Origin: Podarcis cretensis
Taxonomy: Eukaryota
Length of the DNA stretch: 64,000 bases
Reading direction: 5' to 3'
Assembly (NCBI GenBank): GCA_951804945.1
Contig: OX638157.1
Span: forward strand, 29,016,001-29,080,000
Shown here: positions 53,602 to 64,000 of the stretch, piece by piece
Numbering within the stretch: position 1 is the stretch's first letter
How the letters are laid out: every line of letters starts with the position of its first letter
Translations under genes and position numbers: made by a program
Notes under the pieces: generated by a model
Databases searched by the model: none
What the model saw: the letters and a program-made list of their open reading frames with translations, nothing else
What the model was told of the DNA's origin: nothing

Positions 53602-55145
53602 CTGGAAAAGAAATAAAATAAAATAAAACAATTAGCCAAATTAAAGTTTTTGGGGGAGGGTGTTGTTTAATATATCCTGCCAGAAGCTTTACTTCCTAAG
53701 TGATACTTGTCCAAGTTCTATTTATTGAAGGAGTCTTTTGCTGGCTAGTTCAACACTGCCAGTTTGAAATTTCTACTCCAACCAAGGCCTGTGCATTGTC
53801 TTCTTTATATAAATGGAGTACACATATGAACAGGGGCCCAGCAGGAGAGTTTCAGGGGGCCAGATGTAAAAGAGAGAGGGGACGCTGCTTTCACACCTAA
53901 CACTTTCCACCATTACTGTGTTGAGAATACTTGTTAACTGACCTTGTTGAAGCTCACAGGCAATTGTTGATGCAGCAGTGAGATTAGAGTTGGATGTCAA
54001 ACTGGACACGCTGCTCTGGATATTTTTTAAGGACAAACTTAATTCCAACCTATAAATACACAACCCTATTGTGCTGTATTACATTTTCATATTATCTTTC
54101 CTCCAAGAAACTCACGGCGGCCCACATGGTTCACCACCGCCCAAGACATCTTCACAATAACCCTCTGAGGTAGGGTTTGGTTGCAAAATTATAGCTGAGC
54201 AGGGATTTGAACCTGAGGTCACCTTGGTCTCAGTCTGACACTCAGCCACTACATTAGCTCTCATTGCTATTTTGATATTGTGGGTGCTGGATTCTTCGTG
54301 TGTACTATTTAGTATAACATATGCAGCCTATCAGCCTTGGGCAATATTATGCCCCAAGCAGGAGCATTTCGGCTGGTCAGAGCCTAGCATTCTCTTCACA
54401 CTTCTTCCTGTTTCTTTCTAGGCATTATGTTCTAAAGGTAGAAAGAAAAGGTTCATATGTTCGTATTGGATTCATTTGCTATTTCTGCCCAAGCAGTTGT
54501 GTGCTATCAGCTTTTAGCTTCTTCTTCAAACCTGCCCTGGTTAACTATTGGAATAAGCCGCAAGACACAAAAGAACAAACAGGTGTTTGTTATTAATCAA
54601 GGACACATTTATGTGGCAGAGAAAAATCTCCCTATACAGGGATGCCTCGTTCTTTCACAATGATCAAGAAATAGAACTAGCAATACACAGAGAGCTTTGA
54701 AAACTTGGCAAGCGATTTTGGTCTAGGATTCCTGCAATGTTCCAAAGTGGTTCAAGGTATAACACTGCCATAGTAACCCCGCAAGCCACAGGGGCAACCT
54801 ACATGTTACACACAGTTCAATGTAATTTGACCCTAACTTTTCTATCTTAAAAGGAAAGAAAAAAGCCATCACTGGAGAATAGAATTAGGAGTGGAGAAAG
54901 AACGGGGGGGGGGGGGGACGACTACTTAAGTGCATTCCTGCTTGCAATTTTCCTCTCAAAAATGTTCCTCTCCAATTTGCTCCACAGACATGTGTGGTCA
55001 AAAGAGCTGCCATCAGAAGGTGAAGTTTGGAATTTAATGTTGAAGTGCAGGAAAACTGCACTTAGGGCACTTCCAGGGTGCTCACCGCTCATCCTTTCTT
55101 CAGTTCCTAATCAAACTGAAGCAACACTTTGGGCACTTCCAGATA

Positions 55146-56312
55146 CCGTATTTTTCGCCCTATGGGACGCACCGGCCATAGGACGCACCTAGTTTTCAGG
55201 GGGGGGGGGAATCAAGGAAAAAAATATGATCCCCCCCCCCCCGCAGCTCTGGGAGCAGCGGACAGGCTGCACACAGCCTGTGCGCTACTCCAAGACCTTC
55301 TTCCTGCTTTTGCGGGAGGTGGCGTAATTCCCCCACCTCCCGCAAAAGCCCACAGGAGCCGCGCGCGACTCCTGCGGGCTTTTCGACCAGAAGGGAGAAG
55401 GGACTGAAACGGCCAGTCAGTCCCTTCTCCCTCCTTGGGGAAAAGCCCCCAAGAGCGGCACACTCTTTAAAGGCTGCGCGGCTCCTATGGGCTTTTCTAC
55501 GAGGTGGGGGAATTCCCCCACCTCCTAGAAAAGCCAGCAGAAGCTACACAGCCGCTTTAAAGAGCGCCCGGCTTTTGCCTGCTTTTGCAGGAGGTGAGAG
55601 AATTCCCCCATCTTCCGCAGAAGCCCACAGGAGGGAGAAGGGACGGACTCCGCCAGTCCGTCCCTTCTCCCTCCTTGGGGAAAAGCCTGCTTTCCCCACC
55701 GCCAGCCTCCAAGCCGGGTTGGAGAGTAGCAGGAAGGCTTCGCGTGCCTTCCCACTGCCCCCCATCCTCTGGGGCTGGCCATGGGGGAAGCGCTGCTTTC
55801 CCCACCGCCAGCCTCCAAGCCGGGTTGGAGAGTAGCAGGAAGGCTTCACGTGCCTTCCCACTGCCCCCCATCCTCTGGGGCTGGCCATGGGGGAAGCGCT
55901 GCTTTCCCCACCGCCAGCCTCCAAGCCGGGTTGGAGAGTAGCAGGAAGGCTTCGCGCACCTTCCCACTGCCCCCATCCTCTGGGGCTGGCCATGGGGGAA
56001 GCGCTGCTTTCCCCACCGCCAGCCTCCAAGCCGGGTTGGAGAGTAGCAGGAAGGCTTCGCGCACCTTCCCACTGCCCCCATCCTCTGGGGCTGGCCATGG
56101 GGGAAGCGCTGCTTTCCCCCACCGCCAGCCTCAAAGAGCAGACTCTCCTGGCTTCAGCAGAAGCAACGCGAAGCCTCCGGAGCGCAGGCTTCAGAGGCTT
56201 CGCGTTGCTATCACTGAAGCCAAGGAGCCTGCATTCACCCCATAAGACGCACACACATTTCCCCTTCATTTTTGGAGGGGGAAAAGTGTGTCTTATAGGG
56301 CGAAAAATACGG
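55146..56312. mobile_element. Non-autonomous Tc1/mariner (Tigger-like) element with an internal GC-rich minisatellite
   Basis: TA|ccgtatttttcgccctat...atagggcgaaaaatacgg|TA; subterminal gacgcac motifs. Confidence 0.88.
55688..56132 (+). repeat. ~105-106-bp tandem repeat, ~4.2 copies
   Basis: Unit ctgctttccccaccgccagcctccaagccgggttggagagtagcagg...gccatgggggaagcg, near-identical copies. Confidence 0.93.
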
Positions 56313-56625
56313 TACCCAGATTGCTGAGCATTCGTTCTGATTTGCTTGCAGGGAGGTTAGACGACATTACATCAAAGCAAGCACAGCCCCACACTTTCCA
56401 TTGTATTTTCCCCATCTCTTTCCTTCTTCCAAAAGTCTGATCTTCTAAGGCATTGGGTTTTTTGCACAAGAACTTCAACTGTGCAACCTGAATTAGAATT
56501 GAATCCCACCTGAAAATAGTGGCAAATCATGCTTCTAGTTCCTTCTCTCTCCACTCCCATCCCTCTGGATTCAAAGCAGATGTTGCAACCTGGCAGTCTT
56601 ATGTAAACTAGGTAGCTGCACTTAC

Positions 56626-56877
56626 CATACTGGGGAGGAAACCCAGGGCCTGTGGGTTGGCTTGTGAGTTGTGGTGGCAAATTGGTGTTCGGTGGGTTTG
56701 AGCCAGGGATCCCCTCCTGTCTGGCCATTGAAGGTGGAGCGCAGTGACCGGTCAAATTATTTGCTGGTGAAGAAGAAATCTGAAGACCAGACGACAAGGC
56801 CATTTGATGTGGTTGAGGTGGTGGAGCTTGCAAAGGTGATGGGAGGCCAGAAGGCATGCAAGGAGGTGTGTTTGGAC
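56626..56877 (-). CDS. SEC24D: SEC24D coding exon 4 (Pro-rich N-terminal region)
   Basis: ttcag|GTCCA...TATG|gtaagt; PNTPPCMPSGLPSP...GPGFPPQY; 252 nt. Confidence 0.9.
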
Positions 56878-57820
56878 CTGAACAAGAGTATCACCATTAT
56901 GCATTCATTTGAAAAAACCCTTTAGAATAATAATCACAGTGGAATGCAGGTATGTCTTAAGACACCTGCTGTTGTAGATCTTTACATTCATTTTAAATGG
57001 AATTAAATAATATAAATGATATTCATATCAAACCAATTGCTCTTCTTTAAAATCTTAAAATTGAAACATAATTATAGAAATAACTTTGAATATTAGAAAT
57101 ATTAACTTTAAATATTCACTGTAATACTTTCACAACTGAATCTGTTCTATACTAAAAACAAGTCTTCATTTGGGTGCTTAAATCTTATGAGAACAATGGA
57201 TTGTGAAGGCTGCAAATGTATCAAGCATCTGTTTTACTGCCAGTACAAAGTATATTGTAAACTGTTTGGCATTTTGTTAAAACAGTTTAAGGAGGAGTTT
57301 CTCCTCCCCTCCTTTAAAACAGAAACATTTTATTATTGGGACCAATTTATTTGCTGGATCTTATATATGTCCTATATATATATCCTATATATGTCCACCT
57401 GGACACTTCAATCTGTGGAACTGGCACTGTTATGGGTGCCACACAATAAACATTGTAATACATTGTAATACATATTGTAAGAAATCCATATTTTAGTGTT
57501 GCAGTACCTATTGACATCAGACATGCACCTTTGCTGTATTATTTTTGGTGCTTGGTTAAAACATTTTTGCTTAGGCAAACCTACCCCACCATGTAACAAT
57601 TACCTGTAGCTCTTTTTGGCTACTGTTGATTTTAATAATTTTTGAATGCTTTTAAATAGTTGGTTTTATTGAGAATTTTACTGCTTTCTTTTATCTTTTT
57701 GTAAACTGCTTGACAGGTTTTCTCATAATCAAGTAGTATATAAATTTTGCTAGATAATTTCTTTTAAAAATAGTTGTGTGAAAGGTGAATTATATATGCA
57801 CTCATGCTGGAGCCTATGAT

Positions 57821-58602
57821 TGTGGTTCGAGGACCCGATCCCCGCAAAGTGGAATGAAAACACAAGGACACGTGATATAAGGTTAATGGGCAAGAAAAGG
57901 CCACAACTTTATTGATTACAGCAAGTGAAAAGGTATTGGTTTAGGCATTGGATTACGTCAGCTGACTCCACCCTCTCAGAGAGGGGTGAGTCTAAAACAA
58001 GGGGGTTTATTCACCAGTAGGTAGAGCCTGTTGATGCTAATCCAACTATAAGCTCTCCCCTGATGTCACCGAGGGTCGTGCCATGACCTCCTGCCACGCA
58101 GGCATCAGACAGAATACACGACCGCCGGATTCCTTTAACGGAATACCCCAAAATTGAAGGCATAGGCAATGGCCACACCTAGCCCTTCGACACCACAACA
58201 TATTATTCCAATGCCTAACCTACCCACCAATACCACGAAAGTGTGACGATTGCTATGAGGTAGGCGAAAAAACCAAAAAGCCTAATGCCAAATGGAAAAA
58301 TTCCTACCAGGCCCCCCGAACAACCAGGACGACCAACCTAAGGTCCATAGCAAGGCCAAAAGAAAATGAGACCCTGAGCTCTAAGGGAGTGGAGGGTGGG
58401 TGACTCGTGATGGGACGATGAAGAGTGAGGCTGGGAGGCTGGCTCTGCAGCAATTTAGGCTGCTGTACACGCCCCCTCGAAGGCACCTGGTTGGGTGCCT
58501 GCCCGTGGGCGTGGGTGCCAGCCAGGTGAGTGGGAGGCAGGGGGCTAACGCCCCCTGCTTGAGGCGGATACCGGCTCCCACCCACAACCACTCCCCTCTC
58601 TT
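57821..58602 (-). mobile_element. ERV-like 3' LTR (766 bp) with adjacent polypurine tract
   Basis: Minus strand reads AAGAGAGGGGAGTGGT|TGTGGG...CCACA; AATAAA at 57908-57913. Confidence 0.65.
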
Positions 58603-59677
58603 GCAGGAGGAGAGTCTTTCCTTTGAATATACAAAAACCACCAGGAGGTCCCTAATATCAAAGCTTTTTCCATCCCATTCAAAAAAGAGAGCAAATATAA
58701 ATACATGAGTTGAATTAAGCTCTTTGTGGAAATAAATAGAAAAGCCTGACCCATGTGTGCACTGTGGCTTGTATAATATTCAGGGGAACCTCTGGACTGG
58801 GGTGTGTTTATGTGAATCTTTGACCTGCCAAGGCATCAAATTTGGCCCATGAGGTCATTATTTAAAAACCACATCCACCTGCAAATCAACTCACATCATT
58901 TCTATGTGGGGCAATGTCAGCTGATCGGTGGGGCGGGATAGGAGTATGGCAGCTCCCCTGCTGGGAACTAGTCCATGCAGGATTTAACCGCCACTCAGCA
59001 GCTGATATCCTGCTAAGTTTTCCTGTGTGTGGCAGTTCACTTCCTGCTCGATTTGGCCATGCACACATGTTCCCTTGCTGGGGACAAAGGGCAGTGCAGG
59101 GTTGTTTGAAAGTCCCTATTGCTTTGTGCTGCGTTTTGAAGACCCAACAGTCAGGGCTTCAAAGTGCAGCATCACCTGACATCAAATGACTGACAAGTGA
59201 GGGGAAAAATAAGGATCTGGCCACTAGCCAGGAAAAGTTCCCTATCCCTTTTCCAAGAGACCATGTTGGACAATATACTTGAAAAAGGAAACATATTTTC
59301 CAGCTGAAACATACAGAAAGTTTACAAATGCTGAACTCTCCAGTTATTATTATTTTAGTAAAACAGCCAGTCTACAAAGCTTTTTTTAAAAAAAATAATA
59401 CATTTTTTAAAGAGCTGCCAGTTTAAAAGCATAAACATGATGTTCAAAGTCATGATCCTTTTATATCCCAGTACTATGGTTAACATGCTAAAACCTGGAG
59501 AACTCCAACAAGATTTAGAACAGTCCCATTAGAATTCAATCTTTCTTATCAAAATCTTCCAGTAGATTTAGACCTCTTGAACTTGTGAGCATTTGTTTTC
59601 TCTGGAACCAACCCAAGCTAAAATAAAAATGCATGTGATCTCTCAGAAGCTTTTATGGAAGACTATGTAGTCCTTAC

Positions 59678-59805
59678 CATAATTATTTATTTGCATGTTG
59701 CCAAGTTGATTGGCCAGCTGTGCAGAAGAAGGGGCTGGACTGTTTGGATAGGAGGACGGGGATGGATGGCTGTACGGGGGGAAGGAAGGTGCAGAAGGTG
59801 GAAAC
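59678..59805 (-). CDS. SEC24D: SEC24D coding exon 3
   Basis: ttcag|GTTTCCA...TATG|gtaagg; FPPSAPSFPPYS...QLGNMQINNY; 128 nt. Confidence 0.92.
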
Positions 59806-59975
59806 CTGAAGAGAAAAAGAAGTGTTACCAAAAAAACACCAAACAGCTGACAATGTAATATCCACTCCACAAACAACTCCTAGAATTCAAAGTCTAAACA
59901 ACATGCTTTGTAAACCTATGGAAGAAAACCCAGGCAAGCCTCAGGATCACAGGATACTCCTCCTTTCCCTCTACT

Positions 59976-60233
59976 CAAAACAAAATAAAAAAATTCCTTC
60001 CAGTAGCACCTTAAAGACCAACTAAGTTAGTTCTTGGTATGAGCTTTCGTGTGCATGCACACTTCTTCAGATACACAGATGCACACGAAAGCTCATACCA
60101 AGAACTAACTTAGTTGGTCTTTAAGGTGCTACTGGAAGGAATTTTTTTATTTAATTTTTTTATTTTTTATTTTTTATTTTTTATTATTTTGTTTTGACTA
60201 TGGCAGACCAACATAGCTACCTATCTGTAACTG
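59976..60233. mobile_element. Penelope-like element insertion with inverted terminal fragment (copy 3)
   Basis: Left arm 59976-60078 inverted relative to 60079-60233; 10-bp TSD tccctctact. Confidence 0.85.
60037..60074 (-). ncRNA. Minimal type-I hammerhead ribozyme motif (SEC24D sense strand), intact
   Basis: GUAU-CUGAAGA-A-GUGUGCAUGCACAC-GAAA-GC-UC^AUAC; stem I GUAU/AUAC. Confidence 0.75.
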
Positions 60234-60912
60234 TCCCTCTACTGTACTTCTCCAGAGCAGCCACAAGGAGTTCAGAAATGTTTACTTCACTCCTTCACTA
60301 TCCAGTTTTGTGTTTTCCAGACCAGACAAAATGCATAATTAATTATGGTATATTTTCATTTGTAATTATTATTATTATTAAATCACCTTACACACACACA
60401 CACATTTGAATTTGTTCAGAGATAGAAAACAACACCAACTCAAAAATGATTAACATGCAGACAAACCTAAGCACTAGGGCTTGCATTAATAACCTGTGGT
60501 TTTGATAAAATGTAGCATTACTAATTCTTGCCCGGCACATTCAGATGCTAGGGTAGAAGAAACAAAGAGAACTGAAATAGGACTAAACCTCATCTTATGG
60601 CTCATGGACCTTCTGCTTTGATCTTTTAAAATCAGGCATGGAGGTCAAAGGCTATTCTCTGCCCATAGAATACACTCCATATTGTAACTGCACTAAACAT
60701 ATGGATCAAATTAGGCTCTGGACTTTAATCTAAACAACTGCTTGATCCAGGAAGAAAGAGTCGGGCTTTTCCCCTTGATTAATCTGATTTATACAGACGT
60801 TTCTTAATAAGCATTCCAGTGAACAGCACTTAAAAGTAGTGCTTTATTTGTTTGAAAGGAAGCACTAAGTTCTATCCATAGAGTATGCCACCTACACAAA
60901 TGTTTAAGGAAT

Positions 60913-61166
60913 GAAGAAGAAGAAGAAGAAGAGTTTGGATTTGATAGCCCGCCTTTCACTCCCTTTAAGGAGTCTCAAAGCGGCTAACATTCTCCTTTCC
61001 CTTCCTCCCCCACAACAAACACTCTGTGAGGTAAGTGGGGCTGAGAGACTTCAAAGAAGTGTGACTAGCCCAAGGTCACCCAGCAGCTGCATGTGGAGGA
61101 GCGGAGACTCGAACCCGGTTCCCCAGATTACAAGACTACCGCTCTTAACCACTACACCACACTGGC
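60913..61166 (-). mobile_element. tRNA-derived SINE (Squam3-like) with (CTT)n tail
   Basis: Minus-strand head gccagtgtggtgtagtggttaagagcggtagtc, box B ggttcgagtc. Confidence 0.8.
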
Positions 61167-61464
61167 ACTGAAAGGACTCTACAGGATGTGCAGTAATGAA
61201 GTTAGGATTTGAGTGCAAAGGACTGTGGCTTCATCAACAGCACAAACCAAACTGGCAATAGACCTTAGTGCTCCAGGAATGGGATGCTTTTGCTACACAC
61301 ACACATATCTGGGAGTAAATCTAATGGAACTCAGTGGCACTTCTGAGTAGAAATGTACAATAGTTATTATTTATAATTTATTTTCTCCGAGGAGCTCAAG
61401 GAGACATACATAGTTCTTTCCCACCCCCCATCATCTCATTTAATCCCCACAACAACCCTGTGAG

Positions 61465-61694
61465 TCAGTCGAAACAAAATAAAAAAATTCCTTCCAGTAG
61501 CACCTTAGAGACCAACTAAGTTTGTTATTGGTATGAACTTTCATGTGCATGCACACTTCTTCAGATACTATGCATGCACACGAAAGCTCATACCAATAAC
61601 AAACTTAGTTGGTCTCTAAGGTGCTACTGGAAGGAATTTTTTTATTTTGTTTCGACTATGGCAGACCAACACGGCTACCTACCTGTAACTAGAA
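61465..61694. mobile_element. Penelope-like element insertion with inverted terminal fragment (copy 4)
   Basis: ~87-bp inverted arms 61467-61555 / 61571-61657 plus 3' tail; 8-bp TSD cctgtgag. Confidence 0.85.
61531..61568 (-). ncRNA. Minimal hammerhead motif with two substitutions (SEC24D sense strand)
   Basis: GUAU-CUGAAGA-A-GUGUGCAUGCACAU-GAAA-GU-UC^AUAC. Confidence 0.62.
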
Positions 61695-61857
61695 CCTGTG
61701 AGGTAGGTTAGGCTGAAAGGCAGTGACTGGCCCAGGGTCACCCAGTGAGCTTCATGGCTGAGTGTGGATTTGAACCCTGGTACCCCAGGTTCAAATCCAC
61801 ACTCAGCCATGAAGCTCACTAGGTGACCCTGGGCCAGTCACTGCCTTTCAGCCTAAC

Positions 61858-62138
61858 TGCGATGAGGTGAGCTCCCGTTGCTCGGTCCCTGCTCCTGCCA
61901 ACCTAGCAGTTCGAAAGCATGTCAACGTGCAAGTAGATAAATAGGTACCACTCCGGTGGGAAGGTAAACGGTGTTTCCGTGTGCTGCTCTGGTTCGCCAG
62001 AAGCAGCTTAGTCATGCTGGCCACATGACCCGGAAGCTGTACGCCGGCTCCCTCGGCCAATAAAGCGAGATGAGCGCTGCAACCCCAGAGTCGGCCACGA
62101 CTGAACCTAATAGTCAGGGGTCCCTTTACCTTTACCTT
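61858..62138 (+). mobile_element. 5'-truncated Sauria SINE
   Basis: Sauria body and (ACCTTT)n tail; TSD taccccag at 61781-61788 and 62139-62146. Confidence 0.88.
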
Positions 62139-62846
62139 TACCCCAGATCCTAATCCTAGTCTGACACTAACCACTACACCAAACTGGCTTTGGCTTGCCC
62201 TTCAGCATATATCTGGGAATGTAGGATATGGTTATAGTCTAGCCCTGTGAAGGCATCCTACTTCTGTGTTTCATCAACATGTGAAGAGGGAGAGCAATGA
62301 TGCACATGATAGCTCCACTGCCACATCACCGATAATCATTATCATCCATCTGTTGGAGGAACAGCTTTTGCAATGGGAGCCTTTTCTACTCATGTACATT
62401 CCACATGCAATGTCAAAACCTACATGGTACAGGGAACCTATGTGAATAGGAAAGATTCCCCAATGCAGAAGTTATCCCTCCAACTCATGGAAAGCAATCA
62501 GAATGAAGATGAAAGCTGAAGCAAGAGCTGTCTAATTGCTCTCTCCACACATGTGGGGATTAAACACAGGCGTAAAATGCCCAGAGAGTGAGACTATTCT
62601 GTACACTATATACTGTATTTGATGGGAAGAAATAATTGAGATAAGTGCTAGCCACTACCTGAGTTCTGCTAATGGACCCAGAATATTATTTTACTCAGTT
62701 TTGGTATGGATTAGTGCTATGACAAAAAAGCTCTGGACAAGTTTAAAACTGCTTTCAATGGTATGTGCAGTAGATATTTGAGCAGATAAACAGAAATTCT
62801 AAGCATAAATACATTTATTGCTTTGCTTTAAAAAAATAAAAATCAC

Positions 62847-62973
62847 CTCTGTGATTGTTGTGCTGTAGCGCTGGGCCCATTCTGGATATTGGTTTGGTTA
62901 AACTGGTGAGCACTAGGAGATGGTGAACCAATGGGAGCAGCGGACCCGAAAGGCACATTAGGTTTCAACATAG
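62847..62973 (-). CDS. SEC24D: SEC24D coding exon 2
   Basis: tttag|CTATGTTGAAACCT...CAGAG|gtgatt; MLKPNVPFGSAAP...QQSQR; 127 nt, phases fit. Confidence 0.9.
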
Positions 62974-63299
62974 CTAAAGTAAAACACAGGCATGAACATA
63001 GTGGATAACGATAGAAAATCACTGCATAAATGAGGTGCACATTACCAGCAGTTAAAGCAAAATAAGTATGGAATTCATTTATGGACCTCAAAAAAAGGAA
63101 GTCTAAACTGCTCAGGAAGTTATATTATGCTCTAGTATTTACTGTAAATTCTAGATAGCAGATCACTCACAGAATATGAACAGTCTACATAATACCAAGA
63201 CCAAGCATTTTTCATTGCTCATGGTCTTCCCATTGTAATACCTTATTAAACCAGCAACTTTTCTTTTCACTAATAGTGCAAAATAAATATAAACAAGTA

Positions 63300-63550
63300 C
63301 AGTGGTACCTTAGTTGTCAAATGGCTTGGCTCCCAAACAAATCAGCTCCAGAACGCCGCAAACCTGAAAGTGAGCGTTCTGGTTTGTGAACATTTTTCGG
63401 GAGCTGAACGTCTGATGTGGCTTCCGCAGCTTCCTATTGTGTGCAGGAAGCTCCTGCAGTCATTCAGAAGCTGCGCCTTGATTTTCAAATGGTTCCAGGA
63501 GTCGAACGGACTCCTGGAACAGATTAAGTTCAACAACCAAGGTACCACTG
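63300..63550. mobile_element. Tc1/mariner-type MITE
   Basis: TA|cagtggtacctt...aaggtaccactg termini. Confidence 0.8.
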
Positions 63551-63637
63551 AACAGTAATGTAATGATATGGATAATGACATAACATGCACTAGCATAGTG
63601 GAGACATCAACCTCTATATGCCTTGATGTTACTTTAC

Positions 63638-63788
63638 CTGATTGAGATGCAGAAGAAGATGAGTTTACATCACCATAGTGTCCATACATATGTGAAGAAG
63701 CAGGTTGCCCCAAACCAACAGAGAATCCTCCCATTCCTGGCTGGGGCTGAGAATATGGAGGTGTTGCAACATATCCTTGCTGATTCAT
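63638..63788 (-). CDS. SEC24D: SEC24D coding exon 1 (start codon; exon begins at 63818)
   Basis: Acceptor AG 63819-20, ctaaa[24 protein letters not shown]...SQS(G)|gtaaag. Confidence 0.95.
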
Positions 63789-64000
63789 TTTAGCAGTGAT
63801 TTATTTCTGATGGAAAACCTGTCATAGAAATTAGAATAAGTAATAAAATCAGCAATACTTCACTGATACATAGTGCAGGTAAAGCACAGAATGAGCTTTA
63901 TGACCCAAAAGCAATGTTACAAGGCAAGAGGATAGCATCCTACTTATTAGTTCGCTGGCATAATGGCTACCAGATTATTTATTTGATCTGGACAAAACGC

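Larger units (their letters stand above)
61380..62189 (-). mobile_element. tRNA-derived SINE (Squam3/MIR-like) split by two later insertions
   Basis: Pieces 61380-61464, 61695-61788 and 62147-62189 join into a SINE like 24765-25070. Confidence 0.75.

Noticed and set aside
55688-56132. CRISPR-like array
   Set aside because: Units are contiguous and near-identical with no unique spacers; vertebrate DNA with no cas genes
55525-56327. Cluster of long overlapping ORFs (up to 241 aa)
   Set aside because: They arise from a GC-rich tandem repeat inside a non-autonomous transposon; the translations are repetitive and show no transposase motif

Overview
Eukaryotic (vertebrate) genomic DNA, almost certainly a squamate and probably a lacertid lizard, judging from the Sauria SINEs, a BovB 3' end and the lizard-type MITEs. 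The window holds two convergent genes. METTL14 contributes its last two coding exons (+ strand, 4848-6950). SEC24D is present as a complete 22-exon coding region (- strand, ATG 63788 to stop 10176; 3078 nt, 1025 aa by summing my exon calls; all introns GT-AG and phase-compatible). This is the same tail-to-tail order known in mammals. The introns are dense with transposon debris: Sauria and other tRNA-derived SINEs, CR1, L2, L1-like and BovB fragments, hAT and Tc1/mariner MITEs, and LTRs. The most interesting non-genic signal is a family of short Penelope-like element termini carrying a minimal type-I hammerhead ribozyme (GUAU-CUGAAGA-A-GUGUGCAUGCACAC-GAAA-GC-UC^AUAC). There are four recent insertions, and three of them place a complete core on the host pre-mRNA strand. 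Their 5' breakpoints cluster in the ribozyme, and one junction falls exactly at the predicted self-cleavage site. Repeat family names come from recalled consensus motifs, not from a database search.
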